Source: Antedon mediterranea
Lineage: Eukaryota; Animalia; Echinodermata
Assembly (NCBI RefSeq): GCF_964355755.1
Contig: NC_092673.1
Span: 29,137,648 to 29,201,647 of the forward strand
Length of the DNA stretch: 64,000 bases
Direction of reading: 5' to 3'
A program made the translations under genes and the position numbers. The notes beneath the pieces were generated by a model, which was not told where the DNA came from, did not search any database, and worked only from the letters and a program-made list of their open reading frames with translations. Numbering within the stretch: position 1 is the stretch's first letter; every line of letters starts with the position of its first letter. Positions 63,101 through 64,000 of this stretch are shown one piece after another.

Positions 63101-63604
63101 AATAACGCCAGCACCACGTCGTCACTACGTCCGTCTGCTGCGGACAACTACGCTAGCACCACGACGTCATTACGTTCATCTACTGTGGGCAACTACGCCA
63201 GCAACACGACGTCAGTACGTCCGTCTGCCGCTAACAACTACGCCAGCAACACGACGTCACTGCGTTCGTCTGCTGTGGACTCGTATCAACAAATGCAATA
63301 TACCATAGCCTTTGATTTTCCGATTTGTTCCGAAAACCATGACAAATCCGACCCAAATCCTCCACTTGGTACGTACGTTAAGATTAATTTTGACGATAGT
63401 GGCCCTCCACCTGAATGTGTCCGGCATCCCATCATTGACGTCATAACGCTAGATTCATTAGAAATAGAAGAGGATATTTTAAATGACGTCAGCATAGAGT
63501 TTTACCCATCAGACAGTTACAATACTAAAATAAACGAAGAAAACATAATAAAATGCGGGTATGTTCCAATTTCGAAAACAAGAGAGGATTCAATACAGAC
63601 TTAA
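60182..63604 (+). CDS. Single-pass class I cytokine-receptor-like protein (two FN3-type domains), about 491 aa
   Basis: Exons 60182-60245 (signal peptide), 60598-60721 (NLSCESTTIDQYRCIW), 61258-61439, 61622-61776 (IPREVS...ITAIWQRP...YKVHYW), 62009-62198 (DLSPYTTYNISI...KWSKQT), 62690-62853 (TM), 63008-63604. All phases consistent, 1476 nt. Confidence 0.75.
60743..61010. repeat. Approx. 30-bp minisatellite (agactaggcctatatttggaaagtgcttaat)
   Basis: About 9 degenerate units in intron 2 of the receptor gene. Confidence 0.85.
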
Positions 63605-64000
63605 ATGTGAAAGAATCCTGGTCAGCTATTGGTAACGCAAGTAATTTGACCAATCACAACAGTTCGTTCATAGCTTTGCGTTGCGTCTTACGTAACTATT
63701 GACTACAGCATGGTAACCAAGCAATAACTATATTACTAACTTTCAACAGTACGCTTATATTAACATTCTAACCACATAATGTTTCCATATTTAGGCCTAT
63801 TGTATTAGAAAGTAATAATAATAATAGTTTAATACTAATATTTATTCTTAAACATAATATATTTTTTTAAAACTTTTTTCCGATCTTTACGATTTTGATG
63901 ATAACGATTATTAATGATGATGCTGATGCATGATGATGATTATGATGAAAACAATGATAAATTAATGGTCTTGATATCTTTAATAAAATGTCAAAATATT

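Overview
AT-rich, intron-rich animal genomic DNA. Deu-domain SINEs and the gene structures suggest a marine invertebrate deuterostome such as an echinoderm; this is inferred, not proven. Eight spliced genes were reconstructed by hand: NEK6/7 (-, 3' end runs off the window), SLC50A1/SWEET1 (+), HSD17B7 (+), a torsin-4A-like AAA+ protein (-), INTS5 (+, 19 coding exons), TTLL11 (-), a membrane-anchored arylsulfatase-A-like protein (-) and a class I cytokine-receptor-like protein (+). Introns and intergenic DNA contain many MITEs, a MULE, a Helentron-like element, SINEs, a Penelope-like remnant with a hammerhead ribozyme, and minisatellites. The top finding is in NEK6/7: it carries two intact, tandemly duplicated 114-nt exons encoding the kinase alphaG region, together with nested long-range intronic complementarities, one of which covers the first exon's 5' splice site. 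This is a candidate RNA-structure-controlled mutually exclusive splicing switch. All coordinates were derived by eye and no database searches were run.
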